Assembly: GCF_009914755.1 (NCBI RefSeq) | Contig: NC_060938.1 | Source of the DNA: the human T2T-CHM13v2.0 reference genome, Homo sapiens | Length of the DNA stretch: 64,000 nt | Direction: 5' to 3' (one strand) | Shown here: one piece after another, positions 50,611 to 64,000 of the stretch | How the letters are laid out: the number at the start of each line of letters is the position of its first letter | How positions within the stretch are numbered: position 1 is the stretch's first letter | Translations under genes and position numbers: made by a program | Notes under the pieces: model-generated | The model's input: only the letters and a program-made list of their open reading frames with translations | Databases searched by the model: none | Told to the model about the DNA's origin: nothing

Positions 50611-52093
50611 TGCCTGAAAATGACTCAAAATATCCCACACTGGGACACGCTGGATAAAGCTGATTGGCTGTGAGGTCAGTTCAAAAGCCAGTATTGGAAG
50701 AATGTTGTATGTAGTCAAAACTAGCCTTGAATATGCCTTAATTAGCCCTTAGAATATAAGCACAGGATTTTAATGCATACCCTGCACAGTGATTTCTTAT
50801 GTGAGAACCACTGCACTAAAGGGTACAACAAAAAGAAAATCTTTATGTAGATATATGAGCACCCAAACCAGTCTGCCTTTAAGATAACAATCAGGTTGCT
50901 GGAGGTGGAGATGGGTGGAGAATTCTAAAATCATTCCTACTTGTCTACAGTTTATTTCACTGTTTTTAATACTAAACCTCCATAACCTTAATTCACATTA
51001 GGAAATTTGTTGTAACGATTAAGATAATGGCAACCCCATGTTACTATGAAAGGTCAGAGGGTACAATAGGGAATTGGCCTCTTCCACTCTTGAAAGCCAT
51101 TAAGTTAAATATATGATGCCACCTCACAGTAATGTTAATATTGACTAATCTCTTTCAATGTGCCAGAACCTCATTTTTATCCCCCCAACAACTCTCTGGG
51201 GTCCTCTCATTTACAAATGTAAAAACTGAGTCACAGATTAAATAGCTTGTCTGAGGTCACATGGCTGCCTCTTTTACAAGGTAATCAGTGTCAAAACAAA
51301 TAAAAGCAAATCTTTGGTTAAAATCAGTTACACTGAATCATGTAATTCAGGAGGCATTTTTTCATGCCTAACTGCATGTGGGACATAATGCCACGAAGCA
51401 GGCAGCGAAGGGATGACCGTCCTCATGATCTGAGGTTATCTGATGTGGAAGCTGAGGTTCTGACGCATGAAGGGTCCTGACCGTGGTCACAGAGAACTAA
51501 CAAATGGCAGGCTCTAGACTCAGCCCCAACGTTCTTAACTTGTAGGACCTTTGCTCTTTCCTCGTGACCACAGCTGCCATACCCATTCCTTAAGTAGAAT
51601 CCTTTAAGCAAAAAGGACCAAAAACATAATCCAATCACATAATTTTACTAGTATTGTGGTCTTAAAAGTCAATGGGAGAGAAAAGTTCTTTTAAGAGAAC
51701 CAAATTGATCAAAGTCCTCAGATTTAACTGAACCTACCAGACCCCATTCAAAACATACAGGGATAAAATAGGCCTGAGTACTGAGCTGTACTCAGATAGC
51801 ATTTGGGGAAAGTACGTGAGTCACACATAAAAACAGACCGTTCTTAATGCAATGGGAAGGGTGTTAACTATAAAAGGACCCTGTCCAGCTGGCTCAGGGA
51901 TTCAGGTAGAGTTACTTTGGAAAATCTACCCACACCTTATCCTGAATCACTGCTCCCTACACTCTTAAATCTGTGTCCACTGAAGGCATTGGCCTTTACT
52001 GTTCAGGGATGTGAGTTATGTTGCATACTTGTGAAAAATTTAAAAATCAACTTAAAATTCAAACCCAAAACTTATTAAAAGAAAGCAAATTTA

Positions 52094-52278
<185 letters not shown>

Positions 52279-52799
52279 AGCAAATTTAAATCTGTGGTAC
52301 TTTTTTTGTTAAGTAGTTTTTGTCTATGTACATTAATCTCTTTCATAAGTACTATAATAGTGTGCGTTTTTTCCTGTTTAGCAAGATGTTTGCAGCATCT
52401 TAAAGGATGTCATACACTAGGCCAGAACCACACTTGAGATGAGCCGTCCTGTCGGAGTTTGCAGTTTAGCAGCGATGGGGGGAGGAGAACCCTAGTTGCC
52501 AGGACACTGGAAGCCAACAGGAGATAGGATGGAGGCCCTAATCAAGTTAGCCTGGCTCAAGTGCAGGGCATGAGGAGTGGAGATGTGGGCCAGGAAGAGC
52601 TGGAAGCCTGAGCACTGCAACAAAATCACTTCGGTGGACACACTTCATGACAAGGCCGCAGATGCTTAGTCCCAGGTTAAGGACTGAGTTTAAAAGTTTC
52701 AGTGAAAGACTAGCAAGGCTTCAACAAGCAATTATGACTTAATAGAACATATACAGTATACTTCAATGCAGAACATACATCTACAGTGTAGATGATAAC

Positions 52800-53000
52800 A
52801 GAATGGGCTTCTAAGTATGGGTTTAAAATTCCAGTTCAGTCACTCACTAGTCATGTGACCTTGGAAAAGTTAGTTAATATCTAAGTCTGTTTCTTCATCT
52901 GTAAAACAGGCATAACAATAGGCTTACTGTAAATAGGCCACAAAAGTAGAGGAAATGCTTGGCCCATGGCAAATGCTCCAAGGATGGTAGCTAGAGATGA
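52800..53000 (+). mobile_element. MIR
   Basis: tgtgaccttggaaaagttagttaat...ctgtttcttcatctgtaaaacagg. Confidence 0.6.
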
Positions 53001-53649
53001 TGCTACTATGCTTTTTTATATTTTGCTTCAAAGTAGGTAAAAAGTGCTTAATTCATATTTATTTATTAGGCTGAATATTAAAGAACTGCATCTTCTACCG
53101 GGGACTTTCCTTAGATTCTCAGCTGAATTCATCTTTCTTTTAAATTTAAGAAACCTGGACGTCTCAGGATTTGCCTTAACAAAGTGCCACCTTCCCAACT
53201 CCAGAATCACTCTGGAGAATCACGGCCAAGATATGTAAGCTGTATCCACACACACTCCAACCTGGAGAATTATATTAGGATTGGGTACACTTTCCTGGAT
53301 GCTTTTTTCAGATATCTCTTGAGCAAACTAAACAAATGCACCCCTGGGGTGCCACATCACCCACAGTATTTTTAATGGGTGGCTAAAGCAATCGTGGCTA
53401 AAGTAATGAAATCTTAACTGTCTTTCCCTTAACAGTGCATTACTAAAACATTTCATTCATCTTTTCCATTTCGACAAAACCCTGTGAATTTACCTTTTCA
53501 CTTCATCTATAATAATTATCTCCAGTAAAACCACTAAAATTCAAGTGGATCCCCATGATTTCCATAAATTTAAATGTGTTCAGAATTAGACAAAAAGAGA
53601 GTGACGTGGGGGAATGAAGAACGTTAAAAGAACAAGAGGAGCTGAAAAA

Positions 53650-55090
53650 CACGGGACGTGATGAGTGAAAGAAGCGCCAGGGCGAACGCGCGGTCCCCTG
53701 GCCCGGCACTGCTCGCCGCGTGGCTTACCCCTAGAGGCGGGAGCCCTTCCACGATGTTCTTCTTCCCAGAGAGAAGGTCCGACACCGGCCTTTTCTTCAG
53801 AGAGTCCCTCCGGGCTCGGTAGCGGCCTGACGTGGTGAGGTCGGACTCCGACATGGAGGGCATCAGCAGCCCGTCTCTCCAGGGCCGCTGGGCCTCTGCG
53901 GTCGTGCGGACGGGGCTGCTGTCCATCATCCTCTTCTCCGCGTCTGGGACGTGGGCCTTGGGCTCCAGGATGTGCAGGGGCCCGGCGAGCAGGACGCGAG
54001 GGCAGCCAGGTGGGTCCTGGGCCAGGCCGGGCCGAGGCTCGCGCGCACGTGCAGGAGGCGCCCGGGCCCCGCTCTCCTCCTCGAAGTCCTCGTCCTCCTC
54101 CTCCTCGCTGCTGTGGATTAGCATGGTGGCGTCCGACAGGGACTTCTTATGGCCGTACCTCAAGCCCTCCGCCTCCTCCGGCCCTTCTCGCTGTGTCCTC
54201 TCGGTGAAAACGCTGGGCTGGGAGCCCACCGAGACGGCTCGCGGCGCCACCTCTGCCGCCGACGCGGATAGGGTGCGCTCCTTGAGCCGCAGGCCCTCCA
54301 GGCCGTGGCTGAGCCCGGCCACCTCGATGCTGTTCCGTTTGTGCAGCTGCGCGTGGCGCGCGGCGGTGAGGGGCTCGCTGACCTCCTGCAGCGAGTGCGC
54401 CACGGGCAGGCTGTCCTCCTGGAACGTTTGCACCGAGTGGTGCACGCGCCGCGTGATGAGGTCGGGGTTGCTGCTGCTGATGTAAAGGTGGCGGGACAGG
54501 TCTGGCGTGCTGTTGGCGGGCCTGGGGGGCGGGTAGGGTGGGGGTGGCCGGTACACCTGCGTCCGCATGATGTTGGGAGACGGGTAGTCCTGCGCCTGCA
54601 GCTGCGCATTGGTCAGCTCCGGCACGCTGACCGCGCCCACCACGGGCCGCCGCTCGGCAGGGTAGGGGTAGGGAGACGGGCTGTGGAAGCTGTAGCTCAG
54701 GCTGAACGGGCAGTGTGCGGCCGCTGGCGAGGGGAGCTGTGCGTGCTCGCGGATCTCGGGCTGGCTGTAGACCAGCGCCGCGGGCCTGCTGTAGGCGTAC
54801 GAGCTGCCGATGTTGAGGTTTCGCAGCGAGTGGCTCTGCCGTTCCGCATGCACCAGGCCCCTGTTGAGCTGCTTCATCACAGTCTCATAGTCTGGGGTGG
54901 GGCGGTAGGACGGGGGTATCACGGCGCTGTGCCGATGGGACGGGAGGTAGTCAGGCCTCATGACGTCACTCCCGGTGATGCTAGGGTTGGACGACATCGG
55001 CGAGGGCTGCAAGTAGGGCTGAGGATTATTTAAGGAGTTGGTGCTGTGTGCACTGTAGACACTGCCATTACGGATCCGACCGTTGAGGTC
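53650..55090. promoter_or_regulatory. Intragenic CpG island over PTPN21 exon 13 and its donor
   Basis: Sharp rise in GC and CpG density against AT-rich, CpG-depleted flanks; extends ~80 bp into the intron past the donor. Confidence 0.8.
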
Positions 55091-55161
55091 AATCTGGGCT
55101 CTATCCAAGCTTGTCTGAGAGTGACAGTAGTATCCGTTCTGGTTGGGCACAAAGAGGTTAT
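53729..55161 (-). CDS. PTPN21: PTPN21 exon 13 (long linker with PPxY motifs and an acidic tract)
   Basis: Minus strand ttctAG|AT AAC CTC...CTA GGG|GTAAGC; 1433 bp inside ORF 53624..55180; contains [14 protein letters not shown] and [11 protein letters not shown]. Confidence 0.97.
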
Positions 55162-57151
55162 CTAGAAAAAATGAGTTCAAAATGAGATTTTTTTAAATGG
55201 ACTAATTACTCCAACCAAATACTGAGATCGGCCCTTACCTCTGATGACATTTTTAACACAGCTTGTAAAAATCCCCGCTAGAATGACCTAGCTTTAGCCA
55301 CACTATCTGAGTGACCCTGGGAGCTTCGGCTTCCTCATCTATAGGATGGGCATGGCTCTGCCTACTTAAGGGGTGGCATTCATTGGGTGACAAAGTGAGA
55401 CCCTGTCTTAAACGAACCACACCCACAGCAGACTAGCAGACTTTTTGGAACTCTGGGGAAGTTGAGGCAGAGATACCATTCAAGGCACTGGGCTGGGGAC
55501 TCTGCCTTTCTTCCCTGGGTAGGGATGTGGCCTTGCTGCTGCTGAGCTAGTTCAAGCACCAACTGTCTGTAAGCATTTCCTTAACTGGAAATTTTTATTG
55601 TTCTTCCCAAATGAATATGAGAGCTTCGACTGTAAAAGGGTAATGGTATAGCAGGATCTGAACTTCTCTGGTCCAACAGTGTCACCAGCAGCCACACAGC
55701 CCATAAAGTGTCCAGAAGCCAAGAGGAGCCACATTAAACAGCTGCAGCTGCCCCCTGCCCTGGCCCCCATGTTTCAGGAAGATCCAGACCTGCAGCTAAC
55801 AGAATCAGTTTAACCTAATCTTAAAATAGCTATGCATGTGTCCCTGCCCAGGGATGACAGGGGCCATGTTTCTTCTAGTCAATTTGTAGCTCACCTGCCC
55901 TCTGTTACTGAGGATGATTTCTAACCCTAGATGATTTCTAACACTCAGCAGCCAACTCCTTCAAATAACAATTTCCTCTGAAAGGCATTCTTTTTGTGCT
56001 TCGAAAGCTCCATGGTGATTTATGTGATCATGGTGATACTTAAGTAATACACCACAATCCAGTGGGTACACTTTATTCTGGTGGCACATGCAGCTGTGAG
56101 GAAATAGCACTCAAATCTCCATGGTATTCTTCTGCTGACACACAGCACTTCCATGTCACTGTGCTTTCCTCATTTATGCAAAGCTTGGTCATGGCTCCAT
56201 CTCTGCAATCCCCCTTTCCTCACTGCTGCCACAGCTCGGGCCCCTACCCCAGCTTGTCTGAACTAGCTCTATATACACCTAGTCTCCCTGCTTCTGCACC
56301 CCACAAACCATCTAGCCATTTATGAGACTGTTATGTGGAAAAGGCAATACTAAGAATAGAAGGAGGAAAAGATGGTTGGAATACAGGCAAGAAAAGGGGA
56401 AAGGTATGCATGAAATCACCATAATTCAAGGAAGGGAGAAGAGATGAAGGGTTACAGGAGTCCAGAGGAAGAAATGCTCATTTCCAGCCTGAGTTGGGTT
56501 GATGGGGACAAGGAAGAGAGAACCAAGAACCACCTCACAAGATATGGCAGTTAAGGGGACTTGAGGGGTAAGTGGGTGGGGTGGGCGTGTCCAGCTTCCA
56601 TCAGAAGTGAGGTCTCTCCACCTCTCAGAGCACGCAGGGTTACCCCTCCTCACCCCTTGATATCAGGCACAACAATGCGACTAGTAATGGTCAAGGGAAA
56701 GTGCACAGAGGGTTAAAAGCCAGCTTCCAGGCTCTCTTCCAACTGCAACACTGACCAACAACATTCCAGAGAGAAGAGCCTCTCCAGCTCAAGCCCCTAC
56801 GGCAGACTCAGACAGGGCAGAGCCCTCCTGCTAGTACAGTGTGCAACGGACAGGTGACCTTTATTATTACTTCCCTGAGAGTTTGGAATGGAGTATTTTG
56901 TCAGCACAGCATAGCCCTGCCTATCCGGTCTGCATGGCAGCATGTGAACGGAAGGGTGCATGGGGTAAGGGCACCTGAGGGTGCAGAGCGGCACTGGCAA
57001 AGCCAGGGTGCACCCCTGGGCAAGCTGGGGTGGCTAGAGTGTCAGATAGCTACAGAGGAGTAAAATAACTTGGGAAGTAAGGTTGGAAGGGCAGGCTCAG
57101 GGAATATTGTGTGGAGTCTCGAACACCAGGCAAAAGAATGATCCTGCACAC

Positions 57152-57450
57152 AGCCGTGTGCAGTGGCTCACACCTGTAACACTAGCACTTTGGGAGGCCA
57201 AGGTGGGCAGATCACCCAAGGTCGGGAGTTTGAGACCAGCCTGACCAACACGGAGAGACCCCATCTCTACTAAAAATACAAAATTAGCTGGGCGTGGTGG
57301 CGCATGCCTGTAATCCCAGCTACTTGGGAGGCTGAGGCTTGAACCCAGGAGGCAGAGGTGGCAGTGAGCTAAAATCATGCCATTGCACTCTAGCCTGGAC
57401 AACAAAAGCGAAACTCCATCTCAAAAGAAAAGAAAAGAAAAGAAAAGAAA
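57152..57450 (+). mobile_element. Alu
   Basis: Alu consensus; (GAAAA)n tail. Confidence 0.9.
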
Positions 57451-57741
57451 TGTTAAATGTAGATGAGATCCCTGGGAAGCTCACAGAGGGAGGGAAAAAG
57501 CCACAGGACAGACCTGCAGAGCTCACCAAACAATACTGATGGGAAGGAGGAGGGAAAAACCTAGCATGCCAGGAGAGTTTCCAGAAGGTACAAAGGCTTG
57601 AATGTGATGGTGAGGGGATGTGGGGGTGCTGGGAGGCTCCCAGAGGGCCGCTTTAACAGAGTGGCAAAGACAGAGGAGTGGGCGGGTAACCAGCAAGCAG
57701 AAGCAGCACACAGAGAGTACTCTTATAAGTCAGTGAGAAAG

Positions 57742-58039
57742 GGCTGGGCACAGTGGCTCACACCTGTAATCCCCACTTTGGAAGGCCAAGGCAGGCGGAT
57801 TACGAGGTCAGGAGATCAAGACCATCCTGGCTAACACGGTGAAACCCCGTCTCTACTAAAAATACAAAAAATTAGCCGGGCGTGGTGGCGGGTGCCTGTA
57901 GTCCCAGCTACTCAGGAGGCTGAGGCAGGAGAATGGCGTGAACCCAGGAGGCAGGGCTTGCAGTGAGCCGAGATCGCGCCACTTCACTCCAGCCTGGGCA
58001 ACAGAGTGAGACTCCGTCTCCAAAAAAAAAAAAAAAAAA
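57742..58039 (+). mobile_element. Alu (AluY-like)
   Basis: gagatcaagaccatcctggctaacacgg and gaatggcgtgaaccc diagnostics; TSD aagtcagtgagaaa. Confidence 0.9.
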
Positions 58040-58662
58040 GTCAGTGAGAAAAGAAAGCAGATCACTCAAACCATTACTTAAAGGGAGGAGAATGAACAAT
58101 ATTAAGATGTTTATAGACAGAGGGAAGAGAATGAGTGGCAAAGTGAGACTAACAATGCAGAGGACAGCCAGGTCCTGGAAGTGGGAGGGGCCGGGATTGC
58201 AAATACCAGACAAGGGCAGGGTGCAAGAGGGAGGAAATACAAGAACATGGTGAGGGGGATGCTCTCAGGCTCTACACCCAAAGCCCTGCTCTCTACTACC
58301 CACCTCACTGCATGAAAACCCTCATCTTTTACACCAGGGCCGACACAAACAATACAGTCACATCCCACCTTCTGGTCCCTTCATGCATCACTCCCTACCA
58401 GTTCCTTACCCGAGAGGAAACCTGGACCACTCTACTCTCCAAACACACCCTGCTTCATTCTGTGCCTGGCGTTCACTATCCCCAAAACTAGGAACAGCAA
58501 CCCCAGTCAAGTTCCTGCCTTTCTACCTGCTGAAATCCACCCATCTTTTCAGATACAGAAAGTTCTTCTCAATCTCCCCAATGTGATGAGTCTCTCTTCC
58601 ACTGAGGAGCATGGTAATTGCACATGCTGTCTCAGAAAAACTATCATATTCAAGTTATTTGT

Positions 58663-58790
58663 GCCAGGAGTGGTGGCTCAGGCCTATAATCCCAGCACTT
58701 AGAAAGGCAGAGGCAGGAGGATAGCTTGGGCCCAGGAGATTGAGACCACCCTGAGCAATATAGCAAGACCCCATTCTCCACGAAAAAGGG
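58663..58790 (+). mobile_element. FLAM/Alu monomer
   Basis: Monomeric Alu-like; caa(a)gttatttgtgc repeated on both sides. Confidence 0.75.
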
Positions 58791-58854
58791 GTTCAGGGGA
58801 GAAAGACAAAGTTATTTGTGCACTTGTCTTATCTTAAACTATTAGATTCTAAGG

Positions 58855-59075
58855 TGTTTTTTTTTTTTTTGAGATAGTCTCCCTCTGTCATCCAGGCTGG
58901 AGTGCAGTAGCACAAAATCTTGGCTCACTGCAACCTCCACCCCCACCTTGGGCTTAAGCAATCCTCCTACCTCAGCCTCCTGAGTAGCTGGGACTGGAGG
59001 TGCATACCACTACGCCCAGCTATTTTTTTTTTTTTTTTTTGGTAGAGACAGGGTCTGGCCCTGTGGTCCAGGCTG
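58855..59075 (-). mobile_element. Alu, 5'-truncated
   Basis: Alu right arm plus part of left arm. Confidence 0.85.
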
Positions 59076-59471
59076 AAGATAAACTTCTTAAGATGTGGAA
59101 ATACTCATCTGCATAAACCTCCTTAGCATTTGGTATAGCCCCACACAGAGAGAGTATAGAGTAAATGTTAATTGACTGCTTAAACTTCAGCTTGGGGGTT
59201 TGTTATAAATACAATTCCTTATACTTCTCATGTGAAAACTGCAGTAGTCATGTGTTTAACTTTTACAATAGGAAAGCCTCTGGCAGGGAAAGAAAAGTAA
59301 CCCTGGGAATTCTTTGTCAGATAGCAAAGAAGCACTTAAAGGCTAATAGGGTGGTGGTAAAAGGACACAGGAACCAGCTTGATAGTTTCCCATTGGCCAA
59401 ATTTGAGACCAGTGGAGCATCAAAATTTGATACTGCATGTTTTTACATACATTCAAGAACCCAAATATACC

Positions 59472-59722
59472 TGGATCATCTGAGGTCAGGAGTTTGAGAC
59501 CAGTCTGGCCAACATGGTGAAACCCCATGTCTACTAAAAAATACAAAAATTAGCCAGGCGTGGTGGCGTGCCTGTAGTCCCAGCTACTTGGGAAGCTGAG
59601 GCACAAGAATTGCTTGAATCTAGGAGGTGGATGTTGCAGTGAGCTGAGACACGCCACTGCACTCTAGCCTGGGTGACACATTGAGACTCTGTCTCCAAAA
59701 AAACAAACAAACAAACAAAAAA
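59472..59722 (+). mobile_element. Alu, 5'-truncated
   Basis: Starts at ggatcatctgaggtcaggag; (CAAA)n tail. Confidence 0.88.
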
Positions 59723-59884
59723 CAATATATTGGCTTCTTTTATGAATCCAGGATAGCTATTATCATGATGCAATTTGGGGTGCAACTTCAGCCAAAAACT
59801 GTCCAGGCTTCATGATCTCCAAGCATTCACAGATTTATCCATAGTCATAACTATGTAAGGCATGGCAGAAACAGTGTACTTTAC

Positions 59885-59969
59885 CTTGGGAAGAAGCATA
59901 TGGTTCTGTATAATGTCCATTATAGTGCAACTGCGGTGGGGGAGGCATCACGTAGGGCTGGGGTTTAGG
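59885..59969 (-). CDS. PTPN21: PTPN21 exon 12
   Basis: Minus strand cttAG|CCT AAA...CAA G|GTAAAG; [28 protein letters not shown]; 85 bp. Confidence 0.94.
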
Positions 59970-60590
59970 CTAAGAAATGGAGAGTTTGACACAGGGTTGA
60001 AACACATTGCTTATGTAATACAGGTAAAGTTATTATCCACTGGATTCTTTCTGTTAAAAAAACTTCTAAAGGAATTAAATATATTATATATGGAAAATAA
60101 ACATGAAGACACAGTAGTTCTTAACATATCTAGCATTTCTGTTTCCCCAAATGGCAATGTCAAGCCCTATGACTGATACCAAGGACATTAGGCTCCACCA
60201 GAAAATCTGCATCTAAAAAGCTAAGAGCAAGAAGCAATAGATACACATTTCCTTGTAGAAACATTTCAACATAAGAAGCTTATAGGTATTATAGTCAATC
60301 TTATTAAAGGCATCTAGTATTTTAAATATATACCAACTTAGGATTACTCTTGGCCAATAGTCTAAGTTCTTAATATTAAGGTCAGACCTAATATTCAAAT
60401 ATGTATAATATAATAATATAAATATTAGGTTGGACCTATGGGAAAAAATTACCATTTCTTTGGTTAAAAATGATGAAATATCAATACACTTTTATGGTTC
60501 AAACTCAAAATTAACAGCATTGAAAGCATATTTTATTCAGGAAAAACATCACTAAAATAAAAAAGCAATCATATTTTCCTTGTTTCTTAC

Positions 60591-60651
60591 CAGAGACATC
60601 CTTGAAGAAGACCTCCTCCTGATTGGGTTCACTGTGACAGTCTGAGTTTGC
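60591..60651 (-). CDS. PTPN21: PTPN21 exon 11
   Basis: Minus strand ttatAG|G CAA ACT...TCT CTG|GTAAGA; QTQTVTVNPIRRRSSSRMSL; 61 bp. Confidence 0.93.
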
Positions 60652-61503
60652 CTATAAAATAGGATGACTCTGAGAAGAGCACATACACACTCTCTCTTAA
60701 ATTCTACCAAAACAAGATATAGGAATGTAAAATAATAAATCTTCTCAGGCAAAAAAAAAGACAAGCTATCTAAGTCATGAAGTCAAAGAAAAGAAGGGAG
60801 GTTCTCTGTCGGCCCGTGGGGCCTCAGCCCTTTCCTGCTGCCCCAACCCGTCAACCTGCCCTGTGGTTTCAGGCTCCCCACACAGCATCATCGCCTGGAC
60901 CCACAAAGGGATCAGAGCATACTTCCCAGGCCCATCCAATAAACCTCTGGATTAGCCATAAGCAGTGGGGAAAGAGACAAGGCTACATCACCCACACACT
61001 TGTCGCAGGAGAAGCTGGATTCAGTGCAAATGCAAATGTGTTTCTCCTATGCGCTGGGGGAGCCCTGGGTCCCTCCACTAACCTTCCTCCCGGGGGACCA
61101 TCCACTGTCAACCCAGAAGCCTCAAGCAGTAAGAACTGCCTTTAATTAAAAGTCTGTTAACCACAGACTACAAACATAATGAAGAAATGAATTTATGATT
61201 TTAGTGACAAGAATCTACATTTCCAAGTGCAGTAAGCATGCTCCTGTAGACCCGCCTCTTGGGAGCATCTTGGGCCCAGGAGTTCAAGACCAGCCTAGAC
61301 AACATAGTGAGACCCCATCTTTTAAAAAACTCAAATATAAAAAAATTTCAAACCTACGTATTTTTTAAATCTACATTTCCTCTAAGGAACCAAGGGAAAG
61401 CAAAGCACAAGACTTGGTTCAGTGAGCCGATGGTAAACCCATTTACCTTTCTTTGCAAGAAATTTCTGATTTGTTTTGAATATACTTTTTAAAAAAACAC
61501 CTA

Positions 61504-61810
<307 letters not shown>

Positions 61811-62585
61811 CTAAACGTATTAGGGAGTGCTGACAAACACTAATGTGATAATGTGAGATTTTCAACTATTCACACAGCAAGTTCTATCTTTAAAAAAACA
61901 ATAAGGTAAAAAAAGGAAACAGACACAGAAAAGCCCATTTGTAACTATTGTTTTCAAATAAAGGCAAGATTTTTTTTTCTTCTGTGTGGTCAGTTTTACT
62001 GCAAGATCTAGGAACCTAAACACACTGGATTCTTGGCTTTGTTGATGACATGTAGTTTTGTCAAAGCACTTTTTCTTATACCTTTTACCACCTATTCCTG
62101 GTTCATGTACTTATGTAACACATAATCACTGATTACAAAAATATTTTGTGACCTTTGGTTACAGTGTTCTAAGGACTAATTACTAGAAAATCCATCATGA
62201 CAAAGTGAATATTCAATCCATTTAAGCAAATTTACCATAATATCAAGCCTCATGTCTCATAAATTAATATTACTCTTAGCACTCTGAAAACTAGTATCTT
62301 ATATTCAAAAACCCTGAATATTAGCTTATTTTTATAAGACTCTTGAGATAAAAAGAAAACTAGTACATACTAGTTTTAACATCAGGTGATTACAACTGCT
62401 TTTACTAGCTTTTATAAATAATTTCATTTCTTTGTTACTGGAAAGTATTCAGGCTGTTAATGAAAAATAAATGTCTCTTTTCCAAAAGATATTCCATTCT
62501 TCCAGTATTTATTTTGGTGACACAAGTCTGCATGGCGTGTCTGGGTTTTAAAAAATAAAAAATAAAAAATAAAAAATACTCCTTA

Positions 62586-62861
<276 letters not shown>

Positions 62862-63472
62862 TCATTGTCAGGACTAGGTTTAGGCAAACTGGGTCCTCTG
62901 AACCCTGTGTTCAGTCTAGCAGAGACTCACTGTCTAGATGGACTGAACTTAAGAAACTTTTAAAGTACTACAAATTCACAAGGATTGCCAACAGAATTCT
63001 CTGTCAACAAACTCCAACAACATGTCTACAGTTGCCCAGCCTGGGGCAAAAATAAAACACAAAACCCAAGGATGCAGAGCTTCAGCACATGGGCGGCCCT
63101 CCCACACTGAGAGCTTATCTTGGCGCTCTTGCCGCAGCACCCAGTGTGGAGGCGAACACTGCCCACTGTAGTAGCCGGCTCTACTAAGAAAACAAACTAC
63201 AAAAGCGTGTACCTGCCAAAGTGCTTGACCCAGGCAGCCACGCCATCAGTTCTAATAGTCTAACCTTCTCTTTCTTCTTGGCATTGTTCTTATAAATGCA
63301 GTTTACTCTGAGACCAGCTATCCTCAGCTTGGCATACAAGAGAAAACCATGTAACTGTTGGCTGTGGTTTCCAAACTTTTTGGGCAGTTACTATGTTGAT
63401 GGGTGCTGCTAAATAACTGAGAAGAAATCACTAGAATCTGTGTGCCAAAGAAGACAAAATAAAAATTAAAAA

Positions 63473-63658
63473 GGCTGAGCCAGGCGTGGTGGCACATGCC
63501 CGTGTAGTGCCAGCGACTTGGAAGGCTGAGGCAGGAGGATCCCTTGAATCCAGGAGTTCATGGCTGTAGTGCACTACGATCCCATCTGCGAATTCCCACC
63601 ATATTCTACCTGGGAAACTGGGATACTAGGACCTGGTGTCTTTAAAAAAAAGAAAAAA
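63473..63658 (+). mobile_element. Old Alu monomer (FAM/FLAM-like)
   Basis: Diverged 7SL-derived monomer with A tail. Confidence 0.65.
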
Positions 63659-63689
63659 GTCTACCAGCCCAAGTAAAATCAATATTATT

Positions 63690-63900
63690 TATTGAAACTG
63701 TGCTAAGGACTGTACATGATTATCTCGTGGAATGTGAACACCAAACCCATAAGGGAGGTCCAGTTATTATCCTGATTTTACAGATAAGGAAAGTGATACG
63801 TAAGTTCAGTAAGTTGCTCCTGGTCACATGGCAAACAAGTAGTAGAACCGGCATTTGAACCAGCAGGTCTGTCAGATTCCTGAGTGTATGTGTCTAACAA
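63690..63900 (-). mobile_element. MIR
   Basis: attatcctgattttacagataaggaaa...ggtcacatggc...atttgaacc. Confidence 0.6.
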
Positions 63901-64000
63901 TCATGTGTCCAACCTGCTCCCCAACCCCAACTAATCTGTAAGCTCCGTGGAGGCAAGATGTGGTATCCCTGGTGCCTTTGCTGAGCAAATGAGTGACTAA

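Noticed and set aside
53832-55033. Long + strand ORFs (242 aa, 217 aa) and the alternative - frame ORF (149 aa) over PTPN21 exon 13
   Set aside because: Expected shadows of a GC-rich coding exon with few stop codons; no recognisable domain or splice context

Overview
Human genomic DNA (chr14q31.3 locus, recognised from the encoded proteins) holding the convergent 3' ends of two known genes. SPATA7 lies on + (exons 6-12, 1033-13231, stop TAA then AATAAA only 9 nt later). PTPN21/PTPD1 lies on - (exons 11-19, 60651 down to the stop at 42946, ~2.35-kb 3'UTR with AATAAA at 40605-40610). All 16 exons were placed by hand from GT-AG boundaries with consistent phases. The ~27-kb intergenic interval is mostly minus-strand LINE-1: an old L1PB-like element (15625-27531) carrying a nested L1PA3-like element with intact ORF1 and a 16-bp TSD, plus a full-length but inactivated L1PA5-like element (30546-36664). 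Many Alus, MIR/L2, MLT1 LTRs and hAT/Tigger fossils are scattered throughout. Nearly all other ORFs in the track are repeat or antisense shadows. I see no evidence of a wholly new gene system. The best candidate novelties are: (i) alternative SPATA7 terminal exons, one MER5A-derived and one antisense over PTPN21 exon 16, possibly also reached from the L1 antisense promoter; (ii) neighbouring L1s with and without the ~129-bp ZNF93 segment; (iii) a templated-insertion scar in the old L1; (iv) a tail-less L1 fragment with a direct repeat; (v) a possible 3' transduction. Repeat subfamily names come from remembered consensus sequences and need RepeatMasker confirmation.
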